Part shown: positions 1-11,419 of the stretch, piece by piece | Numbering within the stretch: the stretch's first letter is position 1 | Layout: each line of letters opens with the position of its first letter | NCBI GenBank assembly: GCA_900088475.1 | Contig: FLMG01001570.1 | Coordinates: 1 to 64,000, forward strand | From: Hyphochytrium catenoides | Taxonomy: Eukaryota > Protista > Hyphochytriomycota | Direction: 5' to 3' | Length of the DNA: 64,000 nt | Notes under the pieces: model-generated | Seen by the model: the letters and a program-made list of their open reading frames with translations, nothing else | The model's database searches: none | What the model was told of the DNA's origin: nothing | Made by a program: the position numbers and the translations under genes

Positions 1-1687
1 TGGTAGATGAGACGTGTTGGCTGCTTGAACCTGCTTGCTCTTCTGTTAAGAAGTCCTACGGTTAGCTAGCTATAGGGGCCGCTGCACCCAAAAGGAAGAA
101 TGACAAGAGGCGACCTTGAGAACTGGTGCTGCCTGCCGGCGCTTGGAGTCCCCCTCCCTCCACTCATCAGCAATGACGACGCCAGCAGGCTGCGATAGTC
201 TCAAAGCCTGTTCGATGAAAATCTTCTCTGCTGCTCCACTTCAACAAGGCGATGAAGTTGCTATGTCTATCTCAAGGATGATCCTGACCTGTCAACAATG
301 ATGGGAGGATGCTCCAGATTCAGAAAGTTGGGAATCCCAACAACTACCGAAGGTCATCTCAACTCTCATGCCTATGCACCAGGAGGAGATCTGGGACTTC
401 CAAGGAATAATAACTCTGGTGTATCGCCTTCCTGTAAGCTCTTCCTGATTCCTGACTACTTTCTTCTAACAACAACTCCAGTTGCGCAAGGAAGAGTAGA
501 AGTAAAGGGCTAGCGTGTCTCTTGATGGATGTGGCAGCAGGACTAGCGCTCAGAACATCAGAACCTGCGAGAACTAGGAACTAGCAGAACGATCCCAGCT
601 CATCTCAAGTCAAACCGGTACGCAAGGATAGAAGAGTCTGAGCGCTACACTGGGAAGAAGTGAGCGTCGAGCAGATAATGATTGGACTCTTGAAATTAAC
701 CAGGAGTTGAAAGCAGTGATTGACTGAGTTGCTTGGATAGAGCGCCTAGTTTTGTAATGAATGCGTTTGGAGGAGCTCGGGTAGAGGCTCGGCCACCGGA
801 GAAGGGAGCATTCCCACTGGATCACCGTGGCGAGTGCCGTCAGCAGATGAAGGTCACCGATATTGCTTTCCAGGCCTTCCCACAGAGGCCGACGGATGAG
901 ATCACGCCAACCGTTTGACTCCTGTTTTGTAGGTTTATCTTACCTGCGTCAAGGCCAACGAGAGTGATCAGAGTAAATGCCGAGAGTTGGCCAAGGCCTA
1001 CTTTGAGTGCAGGATGGAGAGGTAGGGTCTTGCCAGGGCATGGCTGTCACGGCAATGCCATAACGCAATGTAATGTGCGGTAATTCTTTAGAGGACTAAT
1101 GCAGCAAGAAGACTTAGAGGAACTGGGATTGACTGGAGAGCCCGTAGCCCGGCAAGAGGCAGCAGAAGGCTCAAAGGAAGGTTAGATGCTGTCGCTGTCT
1201 ATCTCCATGCCATCTCTTGTCGTTAATAAGACTCTCCAGCCAAAGGCTTCATGGCTGGAACAGGGGCGAAGAACAAGAAACCATGGATCAGCTGGTAGTC
1301 CTAGAAGTATAAGGACCTGAACCCAGCGTTGAGCACTTCTCTAAAGAGGAGGGTCCAGGAACCTGACTTGAACTCGCGCAAGGAGCAGCGTGAGGTGTCT
1401 GACTCCCGACGCTCCATTTTTTGCCATTGTTCATAGTTTCGTTTTCAAAGGCAGCTACACATGCAGATGTGCCGTTCTATTGCCAAAGGAGGACCTCACG
1501 TCACCTCGGCCGCATTATCACACACATATACTACTCAAAAAAGAATCACTGTTAGATAGTTACCCTCCAGAAGGGTGATATAACCTGCGATATATTTCTT
1601 CGCATGTCTGCTTGTGGCGCAGCCGAATATGGCGACTAACACGCCTGTACGCCGTGCGGTGTTATCAGCTTGGTTAGGTTACGAAGC

Positions 1688-1870
1688 TCACTTTCCTCCC
1701 TGTTGTTGTTGCTGGGCTGCTTTACGAGCAAGCTTATCCTGAAGTGCCTTAGCGTCTGCTTCCTTGCGCTGGAGAAAGCTCCCGCCTTTCTTGTTGTCTG
1801 CACCCTTGGTTTTCTTCGCCCTTGCTTGTGCCCGCGCGCGATCTCTCTCTCTCTGATCTCCTCTTGTCAT
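1688..1870 (-). CDS. SERF: SERF/4F5-family small EDRK-rich factor (60 aa)
   Basis: N-terminus MTRGDQRERDRARAQ and the motif QRKEADAKALQDK match the 4F5/SERF consensus (MTRGNQRELAR...DA.IMQ.K). Single exon. Confidence 0.9.
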   Translation of the reverse strand: MTRGDQRERDRARAQARAKKTKGADNKKGGSFLQRKEADAKALQDKLARKAAQQQQQGGK

Positions 1871-2914
1871 TTTAGTCGCGGAGTGATCGCTTTGAGCAGC
1901 GCCAGCAAAGAGTCCTGGGGACCGTAATCAGAGAATAAGCCACGCCACCAAAGTCCCGTAGTAGGATGCCTCCAAAAAGTAACCAAGCGATGACCCTGAC
2001 GCCCCTGAAGTCCCAAGTAACTGGCAAGTTGCGATGGAAGTGGAACAACGTCAAGGTGATAGACAGATGTCTCTCCCGTAGCTGGTAGAGAAGTGAAGAA
2101 TGAGTCCTTTACGATGCTGCCTCGATGCCTGGATGAATGAAAGGAGAGTTATTATTGCGCTGTTTATAGCACTGATAATAACTCAGAAATGTGGGTTTGT
2201 GCAGAGGGCGGAGCTTTTACTCTGCCCAGCTGCATTATGTAAACAGAGAATGACAGTGGGAATGGAACCTTCTGGACCTGGGCCTTTGTCCTGGATAACA
2301 CGCTGTCATACTCTTTAGATACTAAAATACAAACGCACCGGTTAGGAATAGATCCTTAGCAGATATCACAAAGTAGATAACAGGTCTGTGATAATCGATT
2401 GCAATCAGTAATAGGTAATCAGCGCCACTCAGGAAGCTGCTGTAACGCCCATCATCAAAGAGAGGCCATCCACCACTGAGAGAAAGGCCACGAGACATCT
2501 TGAGAACCTTGTCAGTGGGCCGCTTCTGGCTTCCTGTCCCGCCGGCTGCGTGGCCGTCGTACGCTTGTTGGTCGTTCTTATCCCCTTAGTCTCGCGCTAC
2601 TACCCTCGCCGCAGCCATAACTTAGTCCTTAAGCCTCTCTGGGCCAGGCTTGATACAGCCTTCCGCGTAGTTTGCCTAGAGACGGAGAGGACAATCCCCT
2701 ATGTCGTCCCTTTCCATACATCTTACAGGCATCCTTTTCATATTAATCCATCCGACTGCGGCTTAGGCTTGTTCTTGCTGACATTAAAAGGCGAGTCAAA
2801 AACCTTCTAGCTCTCCGACTAGTTGGGATATGCGATATGCGTGTGTGAGGTGCAATACAAATTAGTAACTCTTACGTTGCTGAGAAGACCTTCGACTGTC
2901 ACGTCTCTCAAATA

Positions 2915-5900
2915 ATGTCGGACCTGATCGATAGCCCCAAGGCCAGTAGTCCTGCCATCGAGGATGTCAAACAGTCAGAAAAACAGCCAGAGCAACCCAT
3001 GCACAGCACAAAGAAGGATATGCATGAATCCGTTCAGGGGGAAAGACGATCCATGAGCTCAATGAAAGCCCAAGCGGACGCACCTGATATAAAGAGTCGG
3101 AAGAGCGAACCACTAATTAGTCCTCATCTCTCTATACCTCTCCCTTCAACATACCTTGACCCTGCCGGGAAGTGCATTCTTAACCTCCGAAAGCATGGTG
3201 TTCTGTATCGAGCCGTGGGCTCAAAGCTCAGGAAAGCGTACAGGAAGCAGTACCTCCAGTTAGGCCTGGATACTATTGGAGTGTTTGACTATGAGGCAGG
3301 TAAATTGACCTGTAACACTATCCAGGTGGTGTCACAGAAGTGCAGAGTTGAGATCAACTCCAAGAGCTCGTCCAATCTTAAGTTCACACTCTTCCATGCT
3401 GAGGGAGGGCATCGGGAGGAGGTGATGCAGTTCAAGGCAGCTTCACAGACAGAACGCGATGACTGGCTGAAGGCCTTTCAGCAGAGCATCAATGGCGAGC
3501 CCATTAACTTTCCGATACAAATCTCTCAGGAGGAGTTCCTCCAGCTGACCTCAGCCTTGTCTGAAGCCAAGACCCCCAAGTATCTCTGGGCCAGACCTCC
3601 TGAACTGCAGTGGGAGAAGGTTTCCGCTTCAGAGAAGTTCCATATCTCCCCGACTGGCTCTCCGCTAAGTGCCAGTGCCAAAGCTAGTAGCTTTAACATC
3701 AACGAGAACGCAGACACCTCCAAGACCGTTGGAGAGGAAGAAACACCAGCCAAGGCTCCTGAGGAAGGCAGTGGGGATACCCCGCCAGCTGCTAAGATGG
3801 AAGCGGAAGAAACCCGCCAACCTGACGTTGTCTCACCTAGTGTTCTAGACGACAACTCTCTTACCTCCTCTCAGACAATCTCCGCTCACAATGTGCAGGA
3901 CCCAGTAGACTCTGCCACACAAGTCGTACAAAGTGAGGTGGGGGAGGTCACATCTAGCTCGCGAGCGTCAACCGGGGACTCTTCCGAAAGTGGTAAACGA
4001 AGCTCTACTTCCTCTCAAAAGCAAGTGCCGAAGCCTCCCACCCTGACGTACAACCTTCGACGCTTTGGAGTGCACGTATTCTCAACCTTTTTCCAACCTG
4101 AAGTCCTCAGTGCAAGAGAAAGTTCGCCCTATGAAGTCGTCCTTGCGCTTAAGCCTCTTGACGTCCAAAAAGATGCACTGGACGGTCCTCAGTGTGAGAG
4201 GCAGACCCCTGTCGTGAACTTGGTCACGGAGCAGCTGCAACAAGGTGGCTTTACCGTCTCTAGATCAGAAGTAGCCTCTGCGCCACTCTGGAAGAGATTG
4301 CATGGGAATGATGAGACAAACACAAAGGAATATAAGCCCGACGCAATTCTCTTGAAGGTCCTACGCTTCTTCTCTTGTCTTTATAATTGCACGGTGGCAT
4401 ATTCTCTGCGTTCTTGCTCTTTCCGTACGGTCCTGCCATTGCTGGACCCCCTATCAATGTCCCTCTCTTTTCTCGCTCACTGTGCTGTCGGTGGATCTGC
4501 CAAACGTCAGTTTATAGTCTTAAGTTCCTAGCACTTGGAGCACTTAACTCTACACCGGTACAAGATCCACTAACCTGCTTTGGTTGTCTGCCTGTAATCA
4601 TCATTAGCTGAGCCTTGCCACGTCGGAGCTCCTTCGCGAGGCTGAAGTACAAAGACTGAGAAAGCGGTTGAAGGAGATGTCTACGTCCGGGGAGTACTAC
4701 GAAGAGTTCACTTCCACGAGGCGCCGACTATTTCTGGGCTTTGATGACGAGGGGAATATGCTAGAAACGTTTCTAGTTCCGGAAGAGAGGCAGCAGCTTA
4801 ACATGGGCAGGTAAGCAGAAGAGATCGAATAGAAGATGGCGCAGGACCGAACGGAGGGAGAGACCTGAAAAAGTTGATTTGGTTCGGAGTAAGCCTCAGA
4901 TAATAAGCCATACCTCTTTTTCTACGCAACAGACTCCACAGCCTTCCAGCTGGGGCGGTAGCGGCAGCTTTGACTCCTGAATCCAAGTCCAACAACACCG
5001 CACTGTTGCTGAAGTATCTTGAGAAGAAGGGCATCCTCCTCGCCAAATACAGCGTCCATGACTACAGTCAGAACCCTATAGGGACATCTTTGAGAGAACA
5101 CTGGCTACGGAGGAAACTCTTTGCCCCAACACCCTATTTGGACGTGAAGAAGGTCAGTGTTTGACTGAGCAAGAGTAGCTAAAACATCATGTCAAGCGGT
5201 CTTTTACTCCTGTGGCCCTTTGTCTATCCTATGTGATGACATTGAGGCCACTTACCTCAGGAGCTTGTTAACGTCTTCTTCTTGCTACCATCACAATGCC
5301 AATTGATGGTTTTCCGCTAGTGCCCCTACATTCCTACCATTAACTCGCTTATAATCCGCAACCATTGCCCTCTGTCATTTTCCTCCGCCAGTACTTTGGC
5401 GACCAAGTTGCCGTCTTTATCGACTGGGCAACCTACCATACCACCGCACTGAGCTTTCCAGCAATCCTCGGAGTGTGGGTCACTCTAAAGAGTGACACGA
5501 AAATGGCGCACATATTGGAACTTCTCTTCCCAGTGACGGTGATCGTCTGGACCTCCCTCTATATTTACTTCTGGAAGAGGCGAGCAGCCGCCAACAGATA
5601 CAAGTGGAACCTCGTCAGCCCTTCCTTAGAGGTAGATCACCTTGATCTGGCTACTTGCATCAACTGGTTTTGGCGACTCTTCTCTCCTTCTGACTTGTTT
5701 CTCGAGAACCTGGTTCTTCCAGAGCACTTAGAAAATCTTCACCTTCCTCTTTCTCTTAGCTCTTTGCCCTCTCCGGCTAACCCCTTTGCTCCTTGCCATC
5801 GTTCAGGGAGTGACTGAGCTAGAGATTGAGGAGGCTCGACTTCAGATAGAGGGGAACGGAGCCAGACACTTCAAGCCTCCCTTCATTACCCAGCAGCTGC

Positions 5901-7544
5901 CAAAGTATTTAGCCACAGCGCTGATATTTTTCTCACTATCTACACTGAATGTTGGACTGATTGGACTCGCTACCTATTTCAAGAATAGCCCTCCTTATAA
6001 TGAGGGCATGCTGAAGTTTGTCCCACTTGGAGGTACCCGGCGAGAATAGCCTCTAGCCAACTCAATGCGCATGTCCGTGTCTTTGACCCTGGCATCATTC
6101 CTCGAGTATCCCTCGTTTCGGCTCTTCTACGTCTATCTCTTTATATCTCTATCTTTTCTATGTTTCTCTGCACCGCTCTTTCTCTTTCTTGCTCTACCCT
6201 CCCACTCTCGCTTTCTCTTCGCCCCCTCTCTCTCTCATGCGCGGTCGTCTCTTTCTTTCTTTCTTTCTTACTTACTTCTCTCTTTCTCCCTCTCTCGTTC
6301 TTTCCATGCCGCCTGTCCTGTCCTACGTGCATTCCTAGGACAAGCACTATATATCGAGGTCGCATCTCTCATCTTTGACAATGTTGCCCGCTGGAATGTG
6401 GAGTGGATGAATCTTCGGTCCCATGAGGATTACGTTAACCAGTACATCATCAGGTCTGCCTCTCGCTCACCTTCTTCGCCTTGTCAATAACAAAAGGCGC
6501 CTATTAACTGCTGTTCATTACACCTTACTCTGCCATTAATCACTGTCTATTTGTTCGCTTCCTGCTCCTGCCTATGTCTTGCATTCGTTTATCTGAATGC
6601 CCCCACAAGAAAGCCTTCCTTGGTAATATGGTCCTGTCCTTGAGATCTCAGTGGTTCTTCCTCTTTCTGCAACATCGCTTTCGTCTTCCCCCAGAAGACT
6701 GTTCCGACACAATTCTTCAGTGGTAGCAGTATCTCAATTGCCCATCTAAGCCTAACTTTTGCTTTTCTTCCGCAGGAGAATCTTCTTCCTCTTTCCGACA
6801 AAATGTCTTCCTCTGTGGTACACAGCCTTCTTCCTGAAGGACGTCCCAATGCTCCGTGATCAGCTTCTTTCAATGGTCTTGACTGCTCAGATCATTGAAA
6901 TCGCTGGTCAGACCGTCTTCGCACACATCAAACACTGTGCTGTCACATTCAACTCTACTTACCAAAGGAGACAGCTCAGCACGCTGGCCGAGAGCCAGTT
7001 CCATTTAAAGAAGCTGGATCTCACCGCCAAGTACGCAGATAAAGTCCTTCAATTCGGATTCTTGACAATGTGGGCAGCTGCTTTCCCGTTGGGGTTCGCA
7101 CTGAACTTTATCGCCAACCTCCTAGACGTCCGTGCTCTGCCATATGCCTTGCTCTACACTTTCCGAAGACCGCTTGCCTCCAAGTGCTCCGGTATTGGGA
7201 TGTGGTATGGTGTCATTCTTGTGTCGTCAGTAATCGCCATCATTAACAACTCGGCATACATTTTGCTGACGGCCAAGCATCTGGATAACGTTTGGGACTC
7301 ACTCGGCGTCGATCGAACCTTGACAGTCTTTGGCGTGGAGCACTTGCTGCTTTTATTACACTTTGTGGTGGTGGCATACATTCCTCATGTCCCTAAGAAC
7401 GTGAGAAACCTCATTGCTCATGATATTGCGCTACGAAGGGTGATGATGAGAAAGTTTGTGGCCCAGAAGTGGGTGCAGATGAAGACGATTCTAGGGATGT
7501 CCTCTCCGCGAGGCCAAAGACCAAGAGGAGCCTCTCAAGAGTAA
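2915..7544 (+). CDS. Multi-exon anoctamin/TMEM16-family protein with N-terminal PH domain
   Basis: Exon 1 has a PH fold (RKHGVLYR...YRKQYLQL...FKAASQTERDDWLKAFQQSI). Spliced exons give ELLREAEVQRLRK, KYSVHD, LDVKK|YFGDQVAVFIDW, QFGFLTMWAAAFPL, RRPLASKCSGIGMW and EHLLLLLHFVV..IP.VP, all anoctamin signatures. Some internal exon boundaries are approximate. Confidence 0.88.
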
Positions 7545-7716
7545 TATCTGAGGCAGTCTTTACTTAGCGCTTCCTCTCCATACACAGAACGCGTTAGTGG
7601 CTTTGCTGCATATTAGAGCTACCTGCAGATCTGGTAAGGAACTTGGGACGATTTGAGAGTTGCTGCCGAGGTCACTTTTCAAGATAGGAATATGTCCATT
7701 ACTTCTAATCTAATTG

Positions 7717-8534
7717 TTAAATATCAACAAACCGACTGTTGCTCATGTATGTTCGCGTAGGTGCCACTTCAGCGGACGGCGACGGTGTCATCCCAATGTT
7801 TTCTGTGGTCTGCGGGCTGGAGGTAGAAGCCGTCTCATGTTGCGATCCCTTCTTCATGTCCACGTCCAGAGTGATAGCTCCGACACTAGCCCCTCCTCCC
7901 GGATATGCCCTTAATAGAGCATCCGCTGGGACGATGTCAATGGAGACTTCTGGAATACAGGCGATTCCCACCGTCACCGCAATGGAGGCCACCTTGTATC
8001 CCTTACCCTCGAGCCTGGAGTGCGGCGTCAGAGACAGATAGGTCCTCAGAGACATGTCTCATAACCTCTGCAACAGGTTGTATGTCTTACTTACCCTGTC
8101 GCAAGCTTTTCCACCCGAAAGATAGATGAGAGAATGGCCTTCTGTATGGTAGTTAATGAGGTGTCTTCTAGTACAATCTCTATGACGGACAAATCAGCGC
8201 CATGCAACTTCTGAAGCATCAGTGTGACCTTTGGTAGGAGAGTCAGATGCATGCGGAGCACGCTGAAGTCATAACTACGAAAGCGTGAAAGCGTGTAAGC
8301 TGGAGGCTATGCTAATATTATCAGCTTTGTACCTTACCCTATGACATTCAGCTGTGGTCTGAGGCGGGATGCCTCGTCGATGATCTGGCCCATAACTGTA
8401 TCGGATTGCTCTGTCTCCGCCGAAGGAGAAGGGGAAGCCTTGTCTTGCGACGACTCGCTCTTCTGTGTGTCCGAAGCGAATAGACCCTTCACCTCCTCCA
8501 ACATACCGCGAAATGAGGCCTGCGCGCCGCTCAT
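7717..8534 (-). CDS. Uncharacterised ~224-aa protein with internal two-fold repeat
   Basis: Hand-spliced exons 8534-8338, 8274-8095 and 8014-7717 have GT-AG boundaries and keep frame. The start ATG at 8534 is plausible, but upstream exons are not excluded. Confidence 0.65.
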
Positions 8535-9467
8535 ACTGAGTGTAACCTTCAAATAATGAGCAGAACCCAACCCTGGAACAACCAAGAGAACAAGAGATCA
8601 AAAGATCTTCCAACGACGTGCTGCTAGCTTCTGCCTGAGAAGGTCTAAACTCCTCTAACCCCTCCGTAAGCTCAGTGAGGATCAAGACTCTATCGATGGA
8701 TCCCAATGCTGCGACTCTCTTGTACTAGCTCTTGCTCTTCCTCTTGCAGAATGGAGCCCACGCCTCGCAGTCAACCCAGTGGGACCGTCACTCTCCTCTA
8801 GGTCGCATCAACAACCCGCCAACAGGTCGGAAGAAAGAGATCCCAGTCTTTTGTATAGGAGGAAAGAGGATCAGAAGCGTCCTCATTAGGGAACGACAGT
8901 ACAGTAGAAGAAAAAGAATCACAGCTCCTGGGGGTGGCCTGCTTATGCTACAAAAGGGTTCTGAACCATTCAGAGTTCCTCCAGGAGCATGGTTCTCAAA
9001 TGTAACCAACGTCTGTCGCGCTTTGCCTTCGACGAGTCATTCGACCGCTTGGCAAGGGTCCAATAGCTGTCAATAAGAGGAGATGTCACGCAGCGTGAAG
9101 ACCCGAGAAAACTTGAGGCAGAAGGCGAATCCGGTGTCGGAGGCGAGCTCCAGGACTAGAAGCTCTTCAGCTGCATCAGAACACGATAAGAGTGCTAGAG
9201 TAGGAGAGACGAGTGCCGAGCGCAAGGGAATGAAACCTTGGAACCCACACTTGGCTTCTGGTATTACGCTCGTGTCGTTTAGTGCTAGAACATACCAATG
9301 GCGGTAGAGGATGAAGACAGCCAGGACACTGGCGGCCGAGACTCCGGGAAAAGAGACTCCGGAGTGCAGGAGTCAGGGAGGAACCCTTACCTGTCGCATA
9401 TGAGGGGAAGGTAAAGAAGTTGGACCGTGCTGCCAGACATTTGCCGCTAACCTTGACAACTCCCAGT

Positions 9468-10521
9468 ATGATTCTAGCGGGAGTCATCCAACTTATAGCC
9501 GGCACTGTATTGCTGCTCTGTGCTGTTATGTTTGACTATCAGTATGGCGAGTCGTATGTCTCAACATTTGACAAAGGCGGCGCTCCTATAACGACACTTC
9601 TCTACATCAGCAGCGCTTGCACTGTGGTGAGAAACAAGCCCAAACGCTAATGAACTGACTCTGTTGGGCCATACCGCTGATCCTTTTGTAGATTGCAGCT
9701 GTTACCGCTTCGTTCACGTACATTTGGTGGTCCAAGATCCAAACCGTGGCTTCATTCTTCGTTAGTGTACATTTGATCCTCAGCCTTCTGGCATGGCTTC
9801 TCAGTGAGTACCACTCATCCTACTTACGGTGACGCCATCGTAATTGAGAGAACGTAAACTCTAGCTCTATGTGCTTCCTAACTGACATTCTGTGCATTTG
9901 GTCCTCATGATAGCACTATGGGCGGGCTTGGCTATGGTTTACTGCATCCATTTCTACAGTTGGGTCACCATCACAAAGTATTCCTACACAGAACCTATCA
10001 TGGTCATATCTTTGGCGTGCATCATTGTAAGTCAATGTACTAAAGAGCAGTATAGACATAAAAATTATAGAGGAGAAAGTAGTTAGAGCTATTGTGAGGA
10101 GCTGACGCAGTGGCCATGAAGTTCTCATGTAGGAGACGTGATGGTAGAGCCTTCTGTGCAAAAAGTGAACTAGCTCTCAGGCATGATTCCTATTTGTCCT
10201 ATCACCAGGTCATTATCTTTTCAGCTTTTCTCTCCGTCAAGGAGGTCCTCTATCGCAGTGCCTTTTTCCGCTCTGCAAGGTAAGGCAGACGTGCCATCCA
10301 ATTTAGGCAAAGAAAGGAAAGTAATCAGCTACATACAGGTACGCGAGGAGAACTCAGCCTGATGATATTGAGCAACAATCAAGTCCTGAGGTCCAAGAGT
10401 CATTAAGTCATCGAGGCAAAGTGAGGTCTGTACTTCGTAGTTTGGCTTTAGAAAGGCAAAGTCTGACCCCTTCTCCCTCGGTATTGGCTTGCCTCGCGCG
10501 AGAACAGGGATAGTCAGGTAA
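9468..10521 (+). CDS. Uncharacterised multi-pass (~4 TM) membrane protein
   Basis: Exons 9468-9626, 9692-9803, 9914-10026, 10209-10279 and 10339-10521 splice in frame. The product has four hydrophobic segments and a polar/basic C-tail. Confidence 0.65.
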
Positions 10522-10619
10522 CTTTTTCTTTCACGTTAAGGACTCTGTAGACTGGTCTAACTGGCGTTATAAAGATACTAGAGGTGGATTTTAGAGGCAA
10601 GAAATTGGGTCGGTCCAGT

Positions 10620-11225
10620 ATGTCGCTAGAGATTGGACGATCGCTCGACAATGCAGCATATCAGGCACAATGGAGTTCTACTGCTACCACGTATGTCTTC
10701 CCCGCTCCAACAAAATAACTGGCATCGCTGCGCTAATAAACTCTTGTTAGGGGCCAGTTCACCTGTATCATCCATAGTGTGCCGCAAACGCGGCAGGTTG
10801 TCAAGCATTTGGAGAAGCAGAAGTTCCAAGTGGTCAGTGTAACCAATCCCACAGTGGGGACCTCGATAATACAATTCTGCGCCAGAGAGGTATGTCCATA
10901 ATTGTGTACGCACTTCCCCTTCAAGATGCTTTCTAACCTTGATGCTGTCAATCTCTAGTTTGCGCTAGACGATGACCCCGTCCAAGGTGCCATGTTCCTT
11001 GGCCAGTTTACACTGTTAGAGGCCCAGAAAATCCTGAAGGCCGTTTTCAAGTGTGAGGTATTTCCTCTCCAGCCTTTCAAATAGCTATCGAATAGACAGC
11101 TAAACACCTCCTTTCCCCGTTGTCAGGTCCCGCAGAAGACTGGACAATTTGTCCAGTGTCTATCACTTTCAAAGATTGTTACCGTCATAGAAGAGTTACG
11201 TCCCGAATTGGAAGAGCATGCGTAA
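10620..11225 (+). CDS. Stand-alone beta-adaptin appendage C-terminal (platform) domain protein, 135 aa
   Basis: Not in the ORF track. Exons 10620-10690, 10751-10889, 10959-11057 and 11127-11225 give MSLEIGRSLDNAAYQAQWSS...VVKHLEKQKFQVVS...MFLGQF...LKAVFKCEVPQKTGQFVQCLSL. This resembles the beta-adaptin ear platform pattern (LD...FQ..W; HL....F.V; FL; A.FKCE....FV..L). Confidence 0.7.
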
Positions 11226-11419
11226 ACGCCTTAACCATCTAAGTTGCCCAGTCTTGTGCTTTGACATTCTTTCTTAGCCTATCGTAGCTTTCAGACTCGT
11301 AGAGTATAGATATAAAGATTAAACCATTATCGCAAAGAGAACGGCGGTATTCTTTCCAACCGTCTTACACGTCAGCTATGACCGCATACTCTTCCCTGAA
11401 ACTCGGTCTGCTGCTTATC

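Noticed and set aside
1-1400. Possible gene or TE fragment at the window start
   Set aside because: Short frames broken by stops on both strands, with no recognisable motif.
8700-9505. Extra upstream exons for the minus-strand gene, implying a head-to-head overlap with the 9468 gene
   Set aside because: Splice-like sites exist, but I could not build a stop-free chain. The ATG at 8534 explains the gene without them.
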